Shown piece after piece: positions 23,270 through 33,741 of a stretch of DNA of 58,927 nucleotides. The notes beneath the pieces were generated by a model. It saw nothing but the letters and a program-made list of their open reading frames with translations, ran no database searches and was not told the origin of the DNA. The position numbers and the translations under genes are program-made. Origin of the DNA: an uncultured Actinomycetes bacterium (GTDB lineage Bacteria; Actinomycetota; Acidimicrobiia; Spongiisociales; DATADW01); assembly GCA_963824995.1 (NCBI GenBank), contig CAWGRK010000010.1, positions 62,001-120,927 on the forward strand, written 5' to 3'. Each line of letters opens with the position of its first letter. Positions within the stretch are counted from its first letter, which is position 1.

Positions 23270-24414
23270 GAGGCGTCCTGGCGGTGGAAGACCATCTGAC
23301 CTCCGATGATGGTGGCGACGACGTCTCCGTCGGAGTCGAAGATTGTGAGGTCGGCGCGGGCACCCGACAGCGACCCGGCCCCGGGTCGTGTCACCGATCA
23401 CCCGGGCAGGCACGGTGGAGGCGGCAAGGATCGCTTGGTCGAGTCGGCAGCCGCTGAATCGGACGAGGTTCCGGATCGCCCTGTCGAGGGTGAGCACCGA
23501 CCCGGCGAGCTGGCCGTCGGGACCGACGGTCACGGCTCCCTCGACGCTCACCGCCACCGGTCCCAGCAGGTGGGCACCGTCACCGAGACCCGTGGCCGCC
23601 ACCGCGTCGGTGACGAGTACCAGACGGTCGGGCCCCAAGGCCGCCCAGGCGAGAGCACAGCATCGCCGGATGGAGATGGACGCCGTCGGCGATCACTCCT
23701 GCGGTGAGTCCCGGTTCTGTCAGCAGGTACCCGGCGAGACCAGGAGCCCGATGGTGGAGCGGGGGCATGGCGTTGAAGAGGTGGGTGCCGTGGGTGACAG
23801 CCGGCAGCGGCGGCCGTCCGCCGCCTGTTCGTAGGTGCCGAGCGAGTGGCCCGCAGCAGCCACGACTCCGGCGGCGCGCAGAGTGCGACCACCTCGGTCG
23901 CCACCAGGCATCTCGGGTGCAAGAGTCATCATCGTCACCACGCCGGACTCCGCCCACCTCTTGGCGTCGTCCACGGATGGAGTAACGCAGAGCGCTCGGG
24001 GTGCGTGCCCCGAGCGCCGGCAGACAGGAACGGGCCCTCGAGGTGGAGACCGAGCGGGACAGCCCCCCTGTAGCCGGATGGCGGGCCGGCGCCCATCACC
24101 TCGATGGCTGCGTCGGGATCGGATCCGGTGATGATGGTGGGCAGATACGCAGTGACACCGGTGGAGGCCAACCATTCGCCCAGCAGCCCAGATCGAGTCC
24201 GGGTGCGGAGCTGAAGTCGTGGCCGCCGACCCCGTTCACCTGGAGATCGATCAAACCGGGGGCGACAACCAGACCGGTGGCATCGAAGTCGAGACGGTCG
24301 GTTCGGGCCGTTCTCCGCCACGGCGGTGATCGTCCCCCCTTCGATGGTGACATCGGCCACGATCGGACCGGCGGGGCTGATCACCGACCCGTTGCGGACC
24401 ACGAGCGAATTCAC
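23266..24414 (-). CDS. nagA: N-acetylglucosamine-6-phosphate deacetylase (apparent frameshifts)
   Basis: [48 protein letters not shown]. Confidence 0.92.
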
Positions 24415-25988
24415 GAGCCGGCTCCGTGACCGCGCGGGTACAAGCCGTCGATTGGAACCGGAAGACGGCCTGGAGTGGGCAGGGCCCCGAATAGGCATCG
24501 CGGCCAACGCCTTCATCGTCGGCGGCTGGATCCCGTACGTGCACAGATGGGTGCTCGGCGGCGGGGTAGACGGCGAGATCCCAAGGGGTCCGCAGTGCCA
24601 CCGTCACCGTCGGGGTGCCGGTGTCGAGCAACGCCTCGACCAACTCGACCTGCGCCGGGTCCATGTGGGCGGAGATCGTGCCGACGACCACGAGGTCGGC
24701 ATCCTCGGCCTTCTCCCGCGCTGCCGACACCTCGTTGTGGAGTGGCGGCTGCGAGGTCAGCATCTCCACGATCCGCGGGTGGTGTTCGCGCAGCGATGCT
24801 GCCAGCAAGGGAGTCACCGTGCTCGACGTGTCGGCGGGGGTGAGATCGATCAGCCGCGGCATGACAACCAGAACGGTCTCCTCGCTCGGACAATCGGAGA
24901 GGGAGCAATCCTCGGTCGCGCACCAGCGTTATGGCCCGCTGTGCCACCTCGTCCGCCAAGGTGTGATGTTCCGCGGACCCGACCACGTCCACCGGAGGCC
25001 GCTCGAAATCGGCCAGCCACTGACGGAGGGCGAGCACCCGGTCTGCGGAACGCTCCAAACCCCCGAGTTGGAGCAGTCTGCGGCGACGCGCCAGGTCGAG
25101 ACCGGAGCGCAGCAACTCCTGTTGCTCCTCCCCGTCGGCACACAGCAGAAGGTCTACACCGGCTCCAAGAGCGGCGATCACATCGACCACCATGCCCGGT
25201 CCCTGGGCGAGGGCGTGCATGTTGAGCGCATCGGTGATCACCACACCGTCGAACCCGACGCTCTTCCTGAGCAGGTCGTCGACCACCTCGGTGGACAGCG
25301 AGGAGGGCAGGTCGTGGCTCCAGGTGAACGCCGGGAGGGCGTAGTGCCCGACCATCACCATCCGCGCACCGGCTTCCACCGCGGCGCGGAACGGCACCAA
25401 CTCGACTTCCTCGAGCCTCTCGCGGTCGTGGTCGAGCACGGGAAGCTCATAGTGAGGATCGACCACCGCATCGCCCTTGCCGGGGAAATGCTTGGCCACC
25501 GCTGCCACCCCTTCCGACTGGAGCCCGCGCACCATCGCCGCCGCCATCTCGCCCACCCGAGCCGGGTGATCGCCGAAGGCGCGGATGCCGAGCGATGGGT
25601 TGTCGGGATGCGTGGCCAGATCGCATACCGGGGCGTAGTCGACCGTGATCCCGAGTGCTCGCAGCTCACGACCCATCGCCCGTACCCACCGCCTCGGTGA
25701 GTTCGATGTCATCGAGCAGCACCCAGAGCCATGTTCCCCGGAAAGGGGGTGGTGGCGGGACCGGCGCCGAGCAGTTGGCCCCCCTCGTGGTCGGCGGCGA
25801 TCAACAATGGGAGGTCGGTGCCGGCCGCCTCCTGCAATGCGGCGGTGAGCGAACGTCGTCTCCGCCACCGACCCCACGTTGCTGTTGCCGAAGAGGGTGA
25901 CACCCGGCCGGTCCGGGAGCACGTGAGCCAGCCATGCTGGAACCTCGATACCTTCGAAGGCGGCCATGAGCGCCCGCTCGGCGCTCAT
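24411..25988 (-). CDS. nagZ: GH3 beta-N-acetylhexosaminidase (apparent frameshifts)
   Basis: ADHEGG, APVCDL, IRAFG, KHFPGKG...DPH, ITDALNM, ALRTPWD; lies in the nagA operon. Confidence 0.85.
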
Positions 25989-25989
25989 G

Positions 25990-26904
25990 TCAGCCCTTGA
26001 CCGAACCGGCGAGGATCCCTCGGACGAAGAAGCGCTGCAGGAGCAAGAACACGATGAGCGGGACGAGCATGGTGACGAATGCCCCGGCCGTCAGGACATG
26101 CCAGTCCTGACCCCGCGAACCGACCAGCTCGTTGAGCTGAATGGTGAGTATGGCTACGTCCTCTCGGCTACCGAGGAAGACCAGCGCCACCAGGAGGTCG
26201 TTCCACACCCAGAGAAACTGGAAAATGGCGAACGACGCCAAGGCCGGAACCGACAGCGGGAGCACCAGCCGAATGAAGGCTGTGAAATGCGAGGCGCCGT
26301 CGATATAGGCCGACTCGAACAGGTCCTTGGGAAGCTGTGAAATATAGTTGTATAGCAAATAGATCGCGAGCGGCAGACCGAAACCCGTATGCGCGAGCCA
26401 AATCCCAAGAAACGTCCCAGTTAGCCCGAAGGTGACATAGCCCCGCAGCAGGGGAACGAGGGTCATCTGCAGCGGAACCACCAAAAGACTGACGACGACC
26501 ACGAACAATACCGCCCGGCCCGGGAACTTCATCCAGGCAAAGGCATAGGCAGCGAACGCAGCCATCGTAATCGGTATCACGGTCGCCGGAATGGTGACGA
26601 TGAGGCTATTCACAAAGGCATTGAGCATGCCCTCGCTGGTGAGCACGTCCGAATAGTTGGCCATCGTCCATGTCTCCATGAACGGATTGGTCAAGACCGT
26701 CCACCACCCTGACGAACGGATCTCGTTGGGCTCTCGGAAGGACGTGATGAGCAGGCCAAAAGTCGGCAATGTCCAGATAGCAGCAATGAGGACGACGGAG
26801 ATGCGAACGGGGAGCTTGGTCCAGAAGGTGCCACCTGGGGGCGTGGTTGCAATGGGAATCCCGCGCCGTTCCGCCGTTGGTGCTGCTTCTGCGGTTGCAG
26901 TCAT
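25990..26904 (-). CDS. Carbohydrate ABC transporter permease
   Basis: EAA loop ESAYIDGA, FQFLWVWNDLL, GILAGSVKG. Confidence 0.92.
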   Translation of the reverse strand: MTATAEAAPTAERRGIPIATTPPGGTFWTKLPVRISVVLIAAIWTLPTFGLLITSFREPNEIRSSGWWTVLTNPFMETWTMANYSDVLTSEGMLNAFVNSLIVTIPATVIPITMAAFAAYAFAWMKFPGRAVLFVVVVSLLVVPLQMTLVPLLRGYVTFGLTGTFLGIWLAHTGFGLPLAIYLLYNYISQLPKDLFESAYIDGASHFTAFIRLVLPLSVPALASFAIFQFLWVWNDLLVALVFLGSREDVAILTIQLNELVGSRGQDWHVLTAGAFVTMLVPLIVFLLLQRFFVRGILAGSVKG

Positions 26905-28083
26905 GCGCCGATCCCTTGTCGCCTTAGGTTCCGTACGTTGATGATGATCACGGGCGTCACGACAATGAGCAAGGCCATGGCGATGGCACTGGCGAAGCCG
27001 AGATTCCTGAAGCGGAACATCTGCTCGAACATGCTGTTGGCGAGGACCTGGCTTTCGAAGTTTCCCCCGGTGAGCACATAGACGATGTCAAACACCTTGA
27101 GAACGGCGATGAAGATGGTGGTGGCCACCGTGATGATGGATCCTCGGATCGAGGGGATGATGATCCGGAAGAACACCTGAAGCTCGGTGGCGCCGTCGAT
27201 CCGCGCCGCCTCGAGGTGCTCATCTGGTACGCCCTTGATAGCTGCGGACAGGATGACCATGGCGAATCCGGTCTGGAGCCAGATCATTATCACGATCATC
27301 GCCATGGTGTTGAGCCCCGGCGTCTGGAGAAAGACGACCGGATTCCCTCCGAACGCCGTGATGATGGCGTTGAGAAGTCCGATTTGAGGTTGACCTGGTG
27401 GCCGCCACTCGTACACGAAGCGCCAGATGACGGCGGCGCCAACCCCTGAGATGGCGAGTGGGAGGAAGACAAAAGTCTTGGCGAGAGCTTCTCGACGTAC
27501 TCGATCGACCAGAGCAGCGAAGAGCAGCCCGATGATGACGCTTCCCGAGACTCCCAAGACCAACCAGAGAATGTTGTTCCGCCACGCCAGCAGCATTTCG
27601 TCACTGGTGAACACGAACCCGTAGTTCTCGGCGAACCCGCCGTCCGTCACTGATCTGATGGCGGTCCCGACGATGGGATAGACGAGGAAGATCGCCAGGA
27701 TCACGACGGCGGGGCCCACGAACACATAGGGACGCAGCCGGGTCTGGGTCTCCCCGGAGAAGGTGTTGAGGAGACGGTTGGCGATGAAATAGAGCGCCCA
27801 GATTCCGAGCGACGCCCAGCACCAAGGCCACCAAGGCAATGATCAGCTTGGAGAGGAGCGGGTTGAGCCCGAACTCCTCGATGGCATCGGCCTCGCTGCT
27901 GAACCCGATCAACCGGTAGAAGCCAGCGATCAGCCTCGCCGGCTGCTCCTCGTCGGTGAGGAACAGATAGCCGCCGGCGAGAGTGACGAGAAGCAGCAAC
28001 CCCCAACCAAGCGAGGCCAACCTGGTCCGGACCGGAGTACCGGTCTTCTCCTCGATGACGGTTTTGGTCGGAGCTGCCGTCAT
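26901..28083 (-). CDS. Carbohydrate ABC transporter permease (one apparent frameshift)
   Basis: EAARIDGA, WLQTGFAMVILSAAIK, LKVFDIV; GGAGGA RBS before ATG 28083. Confidence 0.9.
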
Positions 28084-28102
28084 GTCCTCCCCTACGAGTG
28101 CG

Positions 28103-28134
28103 TCAGGGAGAGAGCCCGAAGGCTCTCTCCCTGA
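28103..28134 (-). other. 14-bp stem-loop with cUUCGg tetraloop after the solute-binding gene
   Basis: Minus strand TCAGGGAGAGAGCC-TTCG-GGCTCTCTCCCTGA, no U-tract; probable mRNA-stabilising hairpin. Confidence 0.7.
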
Positions 28135-28144
28135 TCGAACTCGG

Positions 28145-29610
28145 CTAGCCCGAAGGCCAGCTGTCCTCGATCTCCTGGAAGATCGCCTCGGTGTTCTCGC
28201 CATCAGCACTGATCCAGTCGAGCATACCGGTCCAGAAGGTACCGGCGCCGACCTCGGCCGGCATCAGGTCGGATGCGTCGAACCCGAAGGTGCTGGCCTC
28301 TGCCACCATTGGCGCCAGCTCATTCGTCGGGTAGGTCGTGTACCAGTCGACCGGGACCGACTGGTTGGGCGAGAGGAACGCCTGAGGTGACTCGATCCAC
28401 CCCTGTGCACCCTCGGGGGTGGCCAGGAACTCGAGCGTGGCACGCACCTCGGGCCGATCGTCGAACATGACGAACATGTCGCCGGCACCGAGCACCGGCG
28501 ATCCGAACTCCTCTTCGATCGGCGGGAAGTAGAAGAAGGAGCTGTCCTCCCCCGCCACCGTGCCCTCGGGCCAGAAGCCGGGGATCCAGGCTGCCTGCTT
28601 CTGCATCCAGCACCCCGGGCCGTCCTCGTTGAACATCGGGTCCTGCACCACCTCGATGCTGGTGGCGAGCATCCCGTCGGTTCCTCCGATGACATAGTCA
28701 GGGCTGAACCAGATCTGGGAGATGTATTCGGCGGCCTCGAGAACCTCGGGGTCGTTGAACGGAATCTCGTGATCGATCCAGGCCTGGTAGGTCTCCGGCG
28801 GCGCGGTGCGGAGCATGACGTCCTCGAACCAGTCGGTCGCCACCCAGCCGTCGTTGGCCCCCGTGTGCCTCACCGAGAAGCACCACGGGTTGCCGTTGCC
28901 GTCGGCGACGATCTGGTCGGAGAGAGCGATCAGCTCGTCCCACGTCGTCGGGACCGCGTATCCGGCGTCCTCGAACGCCTGCACCGGGTACCACACGATC
29001 GACTTGACGTCGCCCTTGTAGAAGACCCCGTAGAGGGTGTCCTCGAAGGAGGCGGCGAGCACCAGGTTGGGCCCGAGGTCGGCCTCGAGCTGCTCCTGGT
29101 TGATCCAGTCGAGCGGGAGGGCAGTGCCTTCACTGGCGTAACGCTGCATCACGCCAGGCTGAGCGATCTGGGCCAGGTCGGGCGGGTCACCCCCGTCGAC
29201 TCGAGTCTGCAGAGCAGTCTCGTAGTCGGTGAGTGGCTCGTACACCACGTCGATTCCGGTCGCGTCCCGGAACGGCTGGAGCGCGGCGTTGAAGGAGTCT
29301 TCCTCCGCCTCGATCCACTGCGCCGAGATCACAACCTCGGTGCCCTCGAACTCGCCGGCTAGCGCCTGGTTGAGGTGCTCGTACGGCGTCTCGCCCCCGG
29401 CGCTCGCCGTGGTTTCGGTCCCACCTGCGGCCGTGGTGGCCGTCCCACCCGCAGCCGTGGTGCCGTCCCACCCGCTGCCGTGGTGTCTGTCCCACCTGCC
29501 GCAGTGGTGGCCGTGCCACCCGCAGCCGTCGTGGCCGCAGGCTCGGCCGCACATGCTGCGACCACCATCGCCAAGGCGATCACAAGCGCCATGACTCTCA
29601 GTGTCTTCAT
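28145..29610 (-). CDS. Sugar ABC transporter substrate-binding lipoprotein (one apparent frameshift in the repeat linker)
   Basis: Lipobox VVAAC, Thr/Ala/Gly linker, [31 protein letters not shown] (alpha-glucoside-type SBP motifs). Confidence 0.9.
29420..29538 (-). repeat. About five imperfect 24-bp tandem repeats encoding the (GGTATTAA)n linker
   Basis: Repeated ccacc(c/t)gc.gccgtggtg..cgt units; one unit is 23 bp, which accounts for the frameshift. Confidence 0.75.
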
Positions 29611-29629
29611 GGTTCTCCTCTCGTTGGGG

Positions 29630-30582
29630 ACACGGTGGTCCCCCCACTCCGGCGGCGGTACGACGTACCAGTTCTACCGCCCCCATGGCGCCCACCGGAT
29701 GCCCGGGAGGCAGCAAGACCACCTTATCCGCGGGCAACACTAGAGCAGCCAGTTCCGACCGGGCAGCACGCTCTACGAGGTGCTCCCGGATTGACGCGAG
29801 GAAGGGGTCCCCTACGGAGGCGACGCCTCCGCCAAGCACCACTAACTCGACACCTGACGCCATCACCAGCCACTGGACGGTGTTGGCGAGAACTCTGCTG
29901 ATTCGGGCGACGATCCGGCGGGCGTCTTGGTCGCCATCTGCGGCCGCCCGGTAGAGACTCGTCGCCGGGGTTTCGCCTGGCCACACCCGGGCGATCGCCG
30001 GCCCGGCGGCGACAGCCTCGAGGCAGCCGTGCAACCCGCAGCGGCATTCGGGACCGTCCGGGTCAACCTCGACATGGCCGATCTCACCCGCCATGCCCTT
30101 CGGCACCTCGCTGGAGCGTGCCATCGATGACCAGGCCCGCAGAGATCCCTGTGCCGATGCTCAGGTAGGCGAGGCTTCCGCAGCCCGGGTCGGCGGCGGG
30201 CGAAAGTGTTCGAAGCGCACCAAGCGTGGCGGCGCGCACGTCGTTCTCGAGCGCCAGCGGCGGATCACCCAGCAACTCGCCCAGCGCGGTGGCCAATCGG
30301 ATATCCGTCTGCGCCCACCCCGAGGTTTACGGCGTGACGCACCCAACCGGTTTCCCGATCGATCTGGCCGGGAAGCCCGATCCCGACCGCGGTCATCTCG
30401 TCGAGCGATCGGCCGGCATCGGACAACGTCGTCTCGACAAGGCGGGCGATGTCGGCGACGACCGTCTCGAACCCGGCGGTGCTGGTGAGACACTTCGACC
30501 GTCCTGCCAACCCATTTCCGTTCACGACGACCGCCTCGATGGTCGTGCCACCAACGTCCACCCCGACGAAGGTGCCGGTCAT
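29630..30582 (-). CDS. ROK family sugar kinase (apparent frameshifts; 3' end uncertain)
   Basis: [46 protein letters not shown]; no HTH. Confidence 0.85.
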
Positions 30583-31724
30583 CGCCAGACCACCCCGAGT
30601 TCGACGGCGAGCACCATCGCCGATGCGCCGGCCAGGACGAGGTCGGCGTCGAGTGCCGCCCAACGCACATCGACCTGGGCCGACGTGGCGGGGAGGACGC
30701 GGTCTTTGATCGTCTCCGCGACCGCCGACCTGAACGGCTCCCCCGCTGCTCGAACCGGCCCAGCGAGCGCAACATGCCGCACGTCGAGCGTGGCGACTAC
30801 GTGGGCGAGCGCCGCTCCCAGCGAACGACCGGCGGACGATACCGTCTCCGCGGCCAAAGCCAGGTCGTCGGCTGACGCCTGACGACCCAACTCGATCGAG
30901 GCGGCGGCCAGTAGCGAGCGCATGGCGACGACGGTCTCGAGGCAGCCGCTCCGGCCGCACCAACAGGGCAAGCCATCGGCATCGACCACGACGTGACCGA
31001 TCTCTCCCGCTCCGGAGCCCGGCCCACGGTAGAGCCGGCCGTCGAGGACTATGCCGGCACCGACACCTTCGCCCACTCGGACGAGGACAAGGCTCTCTCC
31101 TTCGGGGAACTCGAGCGAGTACTCGGCCGAGAGCGGCGACGTGCGAGTCGTTGGCAACGTGGACGGGGAGCCTCAACCGAGCGCCCAAGAGGCGATGCCA
31201 GTGGCACCTCGTCCCACTCGAGATGAGATGCGCTCCTCACAGTGCCGTCCGGGTCCACGATCCCGGGAGTGGCGACCCCCACCCCGATCACCTCGGACGG
31301 TGCCTGCGCGATGAGGCTGCTCGGCCAGACGACCTACCTCCTCCAATGCGTCGTCGCCCGTCGGCTGGCCAGTACTTTCGACCCGGTGCTCGATCGCTCC
31401 CTTGAGATCGGCGATCGCGCCGGTGAAAGGCACGGTGCTCAGATCGAGGGCCACGATGTTCCGACTCTTCGGCGCCAGCGACACCAGCGTGGGAGGCTTG
31501 CCCCCGGCGGAGATGCCGGTCCCGAGTTCGACCACCAGCCCATCGTCGAGAAGCAGACCCACCAGGTCGGACACCGTCGCTTTCGCCAGTTCGGTCTCAC
31601 GTGCGATCTCGGCCCGACTGGTGGGGCCCTTGCGGTAGATCGTCTGCAGGGCGAGTCGCATGTTTCGAGTGCGTGTCTCCGCCCTGGTGGCCTTGTGTGC
31701 CGCCACTGCGAGAGTGCTGTCCAC
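30579..31724 (-). CDS. ROK family transcriptional repressor (apparent frameshifts)
   Basis: N-terminal HTH SRAEIARETELAKATVSDLV, GGKPP, ANDSH, GEIGH, CWCGRSGCLE. Confidence 0.9.
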
Positions 31725-31751
31725 TTAGATTGTTCAATGAACTTACTAAGT
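31723..31751. promoter_or_regulatory. Palindromic putative ROK operator
   Basis: ACTTAG-ATT-GTTCA-A-TGAAC-TTA-CTAAGT; AT-rich inverted repeat touching the repressor start codon. Confidence 0.7.
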
Positions 31752-31848
31752 CTCCACGCCGCCGTACAGCACAATCAAGTCTCGTTTTCGCGCTCTCCAC
31801 TTGAGTGGGAACGCACTAGCGATACGAGCGAGCGAGTGATTGCGCGCC

Positions 31849-31918
31849 GTTGGGAGTTCGGGACTCCCCCTACCCACTGCTATCGCAGTGGGTCCCTTCC
31901 CCCTCCAGGGGGACGGAA
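31849..31918. repeat. REP-like palindromic intergenic element
   Basis: GTTGGGAGTTCGG...ACCCACTGC-TATC-GCAGTGGGT...TCCCCCTCCAGGGGGACGGA; resembles 7629-7712. Confidence 0.55.
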
Positions 31919-31960
31919 TGAAATTGCAGCGGCCGCTCCCCTTCGGAGACGGATGATTGC

Positions 31961-31988
31961 CTTCCGTCTTCCGTCTTCCGTCTTCCGT
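31961..31988. repeat. Heptamer tandem repeat (CTTCCGT)x4
   Basis: Four exact copies read directly from the sequence. Confidence 0.9.
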
Positions 31989-32002
31989 CGGCTCTTGGCA
32001 CA

Positions 32003-32032
32003 TTGACAGCCCCCGCCGGAACGTGGCATGCT
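32003..32032 (+). promoter_or_regulatory. Sigma70-type promoter of the cimA leader
   Basis: TTGACA-18 nt-CATGCT, with a TG extended -10 motif. Confidence 0.6.
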
Positions 32033-32041
32033 CGAGGGGCT

Positions 32042-32074
32042 TTGGAACGCAACACCACCATCATCATCGACTGA
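32042..32074 (+). CDS. Thr/Ile-rich leader peptide (M)ERNTTIIID
   Basis: TTG GAA CGC AAC ACC ACC ATC ATC ATC GAC TGA, followed by a hairpin and a terminator before cimA. Confidence 0.7.
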   Translation: MERNTTIIID

Positions 32075-32101
32075 GCGCACGCCGAATCGGCGTGCGCGAC
32101 G

Positions 32102-32135
32102 AAGCCCTCTGCCAAAGGCGGGGGGTTTCTTCTTT
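32102..32135 (+). terminator. Intrinsic terminator of the cimA leader (attenuator)
   Basis: GCCCTCTGCC-AAA-GGCGGGGGGT stem with G-U pairs, then TTCTTCTTT, just before the GGAGGAG RBS. Confidence 0.78.
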
Positions 32136-32146
32136 GCGGAGGAGCC

Positions 32147-33724
32147 ATGGAAGGCCAGCTCGAGATCTACGACACCACCCTCCGGGACGGATCGCAGCAG
32201 GAGGGGATATCGCTTACCGTGGGCGACAAGCTGCGGATCGCCGGGCTGCTCGACGAGTTGGGGGTCCACTACATCGAGGGTGGCTGGCCCGGGGCACTGC
32301 CAAAGGACGACGAGTTCTTCAGAAGGGCGCCCCGTGAGCTGGACCTGAGAGGCGCCACTCTGGTGGCGTTCGGCGCCACTCGGAGGTCAGGCACCCGTGT
32401 GCAGGCGGATGCTCAGCTCCGAGCCGTGCTCGAAGCGGATACCGAGGTGGTGTGCATCGTCGGCAAGGCGTGGGACGAGCACGTTCTCCACGCATTGCGG
32501 ACCGACCTCGACGAGGCCGTTGCCATGGCGGGTGAGACCGTCGAGCACCTCCGAAGCAAAGGTCGCCGCGTCTTCTTCGACGCCGAGCACTTCTTCGACG
32601 GGTACGAGGCGAATCCACGATTCGCGCTGGCGGTGGCACGGGCCGCTGTGGAAGCCGGGGCGGAGAGGCTCGTCCTCTGCGACACCAACGGAGGCACCCT
32701 TCCCCATCAGATCGTCGATGTGATCGGAAAGGTTCGGGTCGACCTTCCAGAGGCAGAGATCGGCGTCCACTTCCACAACGACAGCGGTTGCGCGGTGGCA
32801 TCCTCGCTGGCGGCGGTTGGAGCGGGGGCCCGTCAGCTCCAGGGCTGCATCAATGGATACGGCGAGCGGACGGGAAATGCCGACCTCTGCTCGATCATCC
32901 CCGACCTGGCACTCAAGATGGGGCTTCCCGTGGTCACAGAGGAGCAGTTGGGCGCACTCGCCCCGATCGCCCACCACATCGCCGAGATCGTCAACATCGC
33001 CCTCGACCCGCACCGGCCCTATGTGGGCACGTCGGCTTTCACCCACAAGGCGGGGCTCCACACTTCGGCGCTGGCCAGGAGGCGCGGCGCCTACGAGCAC
33101 ACCGAGCCGGCGCTGGTCGGCAACTACACCCGGATGGTGGTGTCCGAGCAGGCGGGCAAGGCCTCGGTATTCCACAAGGCAGCCGAGCTCGGACTCGAGA
33201 TGGATGACGACCTGGCAGCCCTGGTGCTCGATCGGGTCAAGAAGCAGGAGCAGGCGGGATACCACTACGAGGCGGCCGACGGGTCATTCGAATTGCTGGT
33301 GCGACAAGCCGCCGGGTGGATGCAGCCCTTCTTCGACCTCGAGTCGTTCCGCACCTTCGTCGAGAGGCGACCCGGCGAGGAGGTCGGAGCCGAAGCGACG
33401 GTGAAGCTGATTGTCGGCGATCAACGGGTCATCACCACCGGCGAGGGCAACGGTCCTGTCCACGCCCTCGACCAGGCACTGAGGGCGGCGCTTCGCACCC
33501 GATACCCGGAGGTGGACCAGCTTCGGCTCACCGACTACCGGGTCCGGGTGCTCGACTCCAAGGACGGAACCGCGGCCACGGTACGGGTGCTCCTCGAGAC
33601 ATCCGACGGCGATGGTTCCTGGGGGACTATCGGGGTGCACGAGAACGTGATCGAGGCCTCATGGGAGGCACTGGCAGAGGGGATCGTCGTCGGGCTCCTC
33701 CGAGCGGGGTCTGAACGCGCATAG
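32147..33724 (+). CDS. cimA: Citramalate synthase
   Basis: YDTTLRDGSQQEG, IEGGWPG, FFDAEHFFDG, LCDTNGG, HFHND, GYGERTGN, HKAGLH, LeuA-type regulatory domain. Confidence 0.92.
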   Translation: MEGQLEIYDTTLRDGSQQEGISLTVGDKLRIAGLLDELGVHYIEGGWPGALPKDDEFFRRAPRELDLRGATLVAFGATRRSGTRVQADAQLRAVLEADTEVVCIVGKAWDEHVLHALRTDLDEAVAMAGETVEHLRSKGRRVFFDAEHFFDGYEANPRFALAVARAAVEAGAERLVLCDTNGGTLPHQIVDVIGKVRVDLPEAEIGVHFHNDSGCAVASSLAAVGAGARQLQGCINGYGERTGNADLCSIIPDLALKMGLPVVTEEQLGALAPIAHHIAEIVNIALDPHRPYVGTSAFTHKAGLHTSALARRRGAYEHTEPALVGNYTRMVVSEQAGKASVFHKAAELGLEMDDDLAALVLDRVKKQEQAGYHYEAADGSFELLVRQAAGWMQPFFDLESFRTFVERRPGEEVGAEATVKLIVGDQRVITTGEGNGPVHALDQALRAALRTRYPEVDQLRLTDYRVRVLDSKDGTAATVRVLLETSDGDGSWGTIGVHENVIEASWEALAEGIVVGLLRAGSERA

Positions 33725-33741
33725 CCAGGCATCATGCTCCT

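Noticed and set aside
29420..29538. Possible CRISPR array
   Set aside because: The repeats are contiguous, coding and lack spacers; no cas genes in the window.
28145..30124. Apparent 659-aa ROK kinase/solute-binding protein fusion
   Set aside because: The SBP has its own RBS, start (29610) and lipobox in another frame; the fusion arises from indels.
302..31724. Many frameshifts in folD, purH, sucCD, tal, pcrA, guaA, trpS and the nag genes, suggesting mass pseudogenisation or programmed frameshifting
   Set aside because: They hit essential genes, look like scattered single-base indels, and nearly vanish after ~32 kb. This fits low-coverage long-read error; read mapping would confirm.
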